A stretch of DNA of 64,000 bases. It comes from Opitutaceae bacterium. Lineage in GTDB: Bacteria; Verrucomicrobiota; Verrucomicrobiia; Opitutales; Coraliomargaritaceae. Positions 59,468 to 64,000 of this stretch are shown here, piece after piece. The first letter of the stretch is position 1. Every line of letters begins with the position of its first letter. The translations under genes were made by a program, and so were the position numbers. The stretch covers positions 576,001 to 640,000 of the forward strand of contig JBPOFY010000001.1 in NCBI GenBank assembly GCA_051252375.1. Direction: 5' to 3'. The notes below the pieces were generated by a model that was given only the letters and a program-made list of their open reading frames with translations, was not told the DNA's origin and did no database searches.

Positions 59468-59486
59468 TGTGTGGGGTAGCTAGAAT

Positions 59487-61769
59487 TTATTTCTGTAGCA
59501 CTCGGTGGAGTGTGTCGCTCATTTCCTTGATACGATAAGGCTTCGGCACGACGGCCGCAAATGGGGAGTTCTCATAATCGGACATCACGTTCGAAGTTGT
59601 GTAACCACTGGAGGCGATGGCGATGAGACTTGGGTCGTATTCAATCAAAATGCCTGCGGCTTCTTCGCCACCCATACCGCCCGGGACGGTGAGGTCGAAG
59701 ACAACCGCGTCGAAAGGCTTGCCCGCATCTTTCGCGTCTTTGTAAACTTTAATCGCCTCTTCGCCGTTGGTTGAAAATTCCACTTCGTAGCCGAGCATCG
59801 TGAGTATTTCACCGGCGACCATCATCATGGCTTCCATATCGTCCATGACGAGTATGCGGGCATTCCCGCGATGAATCGTGTTGCTGCTCTCGGTCGATTT
59901 ATCTGCTTCTTCGACCACCTTCTTGACGACTTTCTGGCTCTTAGGAAGGTAGATCGTGAAAGTGGAGCCTTTATCTATAACTGAATCTACAGTCAGTATG
60001 CCCTTATGACTTTTTATGATCGAGTAAGAAGAGGCGAGCCCGAGGCCGTTGCCGTCTTTCTTGGTTGTGAAGTAGGGGTCAAATATACGCTTTAGATTTT
60101 CGGGTGTGATGCCGGTTCCTTCGTCTGTAATTGCAATGCTAATGTATTCGCCGGAGTCCAGTGTGGGTATCTCACTTTTACGAACGGAGCAATTGGCTAA
60201 GCTTACTTTAATGACGCCACCATTGGGCATAGCTTGGTCCGCATTGATGATTAAATTGTTCACGACTTGGGCGATTTGTCCCTTGTCGGCATCGACAGAC
60301 CAACACTCTTCGCTGGCATCGATCATGCATTTTACATTGGATCCTCGTAGAATGAACTGAGTGCAGTCCTTGACGAGTTGGCTGATCGTGGTCGTTTCAA
60401 GCACGGGTGTGCCGCCTTTTGAGAAAGTGAGTAGCTGTTGTGTTAGCGACTTTGCTTGTAACGTGGCTTTTTCTGCGGCGATCAACTTAGCGGACGACTT
60501 ATCACCTTCGTCCATGCCCATACGAACGATCGAGATATTGCCGAGTATCGCGGTCAGTATGTTGTTGAAGTCATGAGCAATGCCGCCTGCGAGTAGGCTG
60601 ATCGAGTGGAGCTTTTCTGATTTAAAGAGCTCATCTTCGGCGAGTTTTTGATTGGTGATATCGCGAAGCACGATGACACAACCGTAGTGGGCTTGGTCAT
60701 CATCTAGGATGCAACGCATCTCGGCGGTGACGAGGAGAGAGTCGCCACCTTTACCGATGAGGGGGATTCCCAGTTCGGGGGTGATCTCTGCGCGTTCGCT
60801 AGAGAGCATCACTTCGGAAGGGTCTTTAATGATTTTTCCAGTTTTTGGGTGCTGTAACTTGAGCACCTCGCCAAGAACTTGCCCGATAGCCTCTTGTTGG
60901 CTGACGCCTGTCAGGCGGACCGCTTCCTGATTGATGCGTTCAATCTTGCCATTTGCATCGATGGCAATCACCGCATCCGCGATCGAATCGAGAGTGACGG
61001 ACAAGCGTTCTTTTTCACGCTTGAGTGCAAGTTGCGCCTGACGTCTTTGTGTGACATCACGTAGCATGACAAGCAAGGCGCTGGCACCTTCCCAAATTAG
61101 ATCCACCGCAGTGAGTTCGAGTAGTCGAGTGCTGTCGTCTGGACCGGGTATCTCGAGTTCTGTTTCTTTGCCACCTGGTATTTCAAAAGGAAAGATTTCC
61201 CCAATCAGCGACTCAGTATCTGCTTCTAGTAGTTGACCGGCTGCAGGGTTAAGGAATTTAATTTCATACTCAGGCGTGAGTATGAGCATTGCGTCGGTAT
61301 TCGCATCAAAGATGTGCCTCAGTAGTGTTTCGCTGTGGCGAATTTCATCCGCATCAGCCTCTGCCTTGTGCAGCATATTGGCCCGCTCGAGTGAATAGCG
61401 AATGGAGCGGCGTAACACTTCGGCATTCAATGTGTCTTTAAACAGGTAGTCTTGTGCGCCTGCGTGAAGTGCTTCGAGGGACAGTTGCTCGTCTTGAGCT
61501 CCGGTGAGCACGATGATTACCTCGTTTGTGCAGTATTGTTGAACAGATTTGAGGGTATCTAAGCCCTTGCTGTCGGGAAGGGAAAGGTCGAGGAGGATGA
61601 GGTCGAAGTGGCATGCTTCTAAAATTGCCGCACCTTCCGATAAGCGCTTCGCTTCTGTTACTTCGTGCTTGAGGTCAGAGATGTCGAGATACTCTCGAAC
61701 TAGATTCGCATCTGCTTCGTTGTCCTCGAACAGTAGTATGTTCAGGTTTGCTTGGGGGTCCGTCAACAT
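59487..61769 (-). CDS. Hybrid sensor kinase REC-PAS-PAS-HisKA-HATPase-REC
   Basis: N-terminal receiver (LLDLSLPD), H-box AGGIAHDFNNIL, NLIINA, FDPYFTTK, C-terminal receiver (VFDLTVPG); start at ATG 61769. Confidence 0.92.
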   Translation of the reverse strand: MLTDPQANLNILLFEDNEADANLVREYLDISDLKHEVTEAKRLSEGAAILEACHFDLILLDLSLPDSKGLDTLKSVQQYCTNEVIIVLTGAQDEQLSLEALHAGAQDYLFKDTLNAEVLRRSIRYSLERANMLHKAEADADEIRHSETLLRHIFDANTDAMLILTPEYEIKFLNPAAGQLLEADTESLIGEIFPFEIPGGKETELEIPGPDDSTRLLELTAVDLIWEGASALLVMLRDVTQRRQAQLALKREKERLSVTLDSIADAVIAIDANGKIERINQEAVRLTGVSQQEAIGQVLGEVLKLQHPKTGKIIKDPSEVMLSSERAEITPELGIPLIGKGGDSLLVTAEMRCILDDDQAHYGCVIVLRDITNQKLAEDELFKSEKLHSISLLAGGIAHDFNNILTAILGNISIVRMGMDEGDKSSAKLIAAEKATLQAKSLTQQLLTFSKGGTPVLETTTISQLVKDCTQFILRGSNVKCMIDASEECWSVDADKGQIAQVVNNLIINADQAMPNGGVIKVSLANCSVRKSEIPTLDSGEYISIAITDEGTGITPENLKRIFDPYFTTKKDGNGLGLASSYSIIKSHKGILTVDSVIDKGSTFTIYLPKSQKVVKKVVEEADKSTESSNTIHRGNARILVMDDMEAMMMVAGEILTMLGYEVEFSTNGEEAIKVYKDAKDAGKPFDAVVFDLTVPGGMGGEEAAGILIEYDPSLIAIASSGYTTSNVMSDYENSPFAAVVPKPYRIKEMSDTLHRVLQK

Positions 61770-61808
61770 GGGTATGTATAGAAAGCGGTATTCGGTGGCA
61801 CAAATCAA

Positions 61809-62999
61809 TCACTTATCTGGCTTTAGATCCTTTGGTTGGGCCTTGTTTAGACTGACGTAGAAAGTGCTGCCTTCGTTTAGTTTGGAGGTGAACCATATAC
61901 TGCCTTCGTGTTGTTCTGCGATTTTTTTACAAACGGAGAGTCCTATGCCTGATCCATCATATTCATCTCGAGTGTTGAGGCGTTGAAATAAATTGAATGG
62001 AATATCATCGTGATCTGGGTCGATGCCGATGCCATTATCTTCAATGCCTACAATCCATTTGTCTGGTTGGTCTCTTGCCGCTCCATCGTAGAAGTGCACT
62101 TTAACAATAGACGTTTGGTCTGGCGCATGGAATTTCACGGCATTGCCGATGAGATTTTGGAAGAGTCTCGTTAAGCGTATTGGATCACCCCATGCGACGG
62201 GTGCATTGTTGATGTCGACGGTAACCTCTGCTTTGGCTGACTGTATCGTAACGGATAAGTTTTCTATGGCATGCGTAATCACTTGATCGAGCGCGACTGC
62301 TTCGTGGGGGGTGGGTGCTTTATTAATACGAGCGTAATCCAGGAGGTCTTCGATTAATTTACGCATTCTTTCCGCGCCTTCCGTGGCATAGTCGATGTAG
62401 CGCCGACCACGCTTGTCGAGAGCCTCGGGGTAGCGCTCTTGTAAGAGTCGGAGATAACTTGTGACCATGCGAAGTGGTTCGCGCAGGTCGTGCGATGCCG
62501 TCGAGGCGAAGCTTTCCAGTTCAGAGTTGGATCGCTGTGCTAGTTCCAATTCTTTAGATAATTGGGTAGCTTCGCTTTGAGCTGAAGTGATGTTTCCGGT
62601 GGATTCCAGTTCGTAGCAAACACCGCTAATGAATGGTTCCGTATGTTGCGGTAGAAAACAAAGGCGACCGATGAAGCGTAGCTGTTTAGATGGGCGACCG
62701 TAGATGGCGGTCGTCGTGACGATTTCGTCAAACGCTCGATTGTTTGCAAAAGTAGCGTCGAGTGCGGTGAGCACCGCTTCGTGGGCGTTTTCTTCAATCT
62801 TAAGCAAGAAGTCTTCGACCGAGTATGGGGCTTCGGTGGGAGTGGCGTCGAATAGATGGCACATTCGCGTATCCCATTTCATGTCGCCTTTTTGCGACCA
62901 AGTCCAATGTCCCATTTTTGCGGCATCTAGCGCGGACTTAATGCAAAGCAACTCGCTTTGTTCAGGCGTGGTTGAAGGCATATTTGGGTGTATATCCAT
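61809..62999 (-). CDS. Soluble sensor histidine kinase (PAS-like + phytochrome-type kinase core)
   Basis: MGHWTW PAS start, SHDLREPLR, QNLIGNAVKF, DNGIGI, GSGIGL; no TM segment. Confidence 0.9.
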   Translation of the reverse strand: MDIHPNMPSTTPEQSELLCIKSALDAAKMGHWTWSQKGDMKWDTRMCHLFDATPTEAPYSVEDFLLKIEENAHEAVLTALDATFANNRAFDEIVTTTAIYGRPSKQLRFIGRLCFLPQHTEPFISGVCYELESTGNITSAQSEATQLSKELELAQRSNSELESFASTASHDLREPLRMVTSYLRLLQERYPEALDKRGRRYIDYATEGAERMRKLIEDLLDYARINKAPTPHEAVALDQVITHAIENLSVTIQSAKAEVTVDINNAPVAWGDPIRLTRLFQNLIGNAVKFHAPDQTSIVKVHFYDGAARDQPDKWIVGIEDNGIGIDPDHDDIPFNLFQRLNTRDEYDGSGIGLSVCKKIAEQHEGSIWFTSKLNEGSTFYVSLNKAQPKDLKPDK

Positions 63000-63079
63000 A
63001 GGGCTTAAAAAAACTATTCGCCTTTTATCGTGAATGTCCTTATCTCTGGTGACAACTTCTTATCCGGTCGCATTGATTC

Positions 63080-64000
63080 ATGCCCGTTGCTATTAAACAC
63101 AGTGTTGTTCAGCATTTTAACCTACCTTTTATCGAGGGTGAGGTCGAAAGTTGGTCGAAGCAACAAAGAGCGTCTTTACCAGGCGCGCCCACATTTGCTC
63201 TGGTTTTCTGCGCTGCAGACGCGTTGCCATATGCAGAGGAGATACTGGAGATCCTTAGGATATATGCACATGCTCCCGTAATTATCGGTTGCTCGGGGCA
63301 TGGCGTGATTGCAAATGCGCATGAATTTGAGAATGAGGGAGGGTTTAGTATCTCCCTTCACTATTTGCCTGATACGAGCGCGCATGCGGTTCACTTGCCG
63401 GGATCAGCCTTTGAGGCGAGCGATGTGACTGCGGCCATCGCTGCGGAGATTGAGCCATTCAAAAACGCTGCAAATGCTTGGATGCTTTTTGCATCTTCTC
63501 AAAGTATTGGTCGCGAATCTTGGCTGACAGATTGGGATCGAGCGACAGGCGGACGTGTTACGATTGGTGGTTTTGCCTGCGGTGAATCACACGCGGATGA
63601 AGTCGCTTTGTATATAAACGGCGAGGTATATACCGATGGAGCAGTCGCGTTGTCTCTCGAGGGTGCGGTGACGATTGAGTCGGTGGTTTCTCAAGGGTGC
63701 CGCCCGGTTGGCTCGCCGTGGACAGTGACTCGGGCGCAAGATAATGTTATCCATCAAATTGGGAATCGTCCAATTCTGGAAGTGTTGCGCGACACGCTAG
63801 AGGGGATGTCGCGGCAAGAGCAGAAGCTGGCTCGTGGTAATATCTTTATTGGTTTGGTTTTGGATGAGTATAAGCAACATTTTGGAATGGGAGATTTCCT
63901 GGTTCGTAATTTGGCTGCCATTGATCCGAAGACTGGCGCGGTGGCGATTGCGACCCCGTTACGTATCGGGCAAAATCTACAGTTCCAGATCCGTGATGGG
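63080..64000 (+). CDS. FIST domain signal-transduction protein (partial, runs off right edge)
   Basis: Not in the ORF track. ATG 63080 gives MPVAIKHSV...FALVFC...IIGCSGHGVI...VSQGCRPVG...IGNRP...DFLVRNL, matching FIST_N and FIST_C motifs. Confidence 0.88.
   Translation, partial: MPVAIKHSVVQHFNLPFIEGEVESWSKQQRASLPGAPTFALVFCAADALPYAEEILEILRIYAHAPVIIGCSGHGVIANAHEFENEGGFSISLHYLPDTSAHAVHLPGSAFEASDVTAAIAAEIEPFKNAANAWMLFASSQSIGRESWLTDWDRATGGRVTIGGFACGESHADEVALYINGEVYTDGAVALSLEGAVTIESVVSQGCRPVGSPWTVTRAQDNVIHQIGNRPILEVLRDTLEGMSRQEQKLARGNIFIGLVLDEYKQHFGMGDFLVRNLAAIDPKTGAVAIATPLRIGQNLQFQIRDG

Overview
Gene-dense bacterial chromosomal window. Protein styles suggest Verrucomicrobiota/Opitutia (Coraliomargarita/Lentimonas-like), which is an inference. 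From left to right: (1) a circularly permuted ATP-grasp/alpha-E + transglutaminase + DUF2126 predicted peptide-ligation locus, with a third, divergent transglutaminase cut by the left edge; (2) a fatty-acid-modification cluster resembling furan-fatty-acid (Ufa) and mycobacterial SigK-regulon genes; (3) murA behind a disordered Arg/Gly-rich protein; (4) a CxxC/PPP leader ORF in front of a Met/His-rich outer-membrane protein; (5) an MFS-lipocalin pair; (6) the tyrA-aroA-cmk-plsC-purM operon, interrupted by a four-helix-bundle gene; (7) a type IV pilin followed by about 14.5 kb of GT-C/GT2/GtrA/methyltransferase genes; (8) uvrC, cinA, holA and a PEP-CTERM gene; (9) a PerR-like regulator heading sufCBD-sufT; (10) rsmE, PAS-PP2C, dtd, a thioredoxin, glpK, two histidine kinases and a truncated FIST gene. 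The strongest non-obvious signals are five copies of an ECF-type promoter (GTAAK-N16/17-CGWT) linking dispersed lipid genes, inverted heptamer arrays that bracket the four-helix-bundle ORF and recur as ORF-less cassettes, a probable metal-sensing arrest-peptide uORF, and the pilin-glycosylation island with three paralogous GT-C enzymes. I saw no rRNA, tRNA, CRISPR array, transposase or integrase. All functional calls come from motif recognition by eye; no database searches were run.
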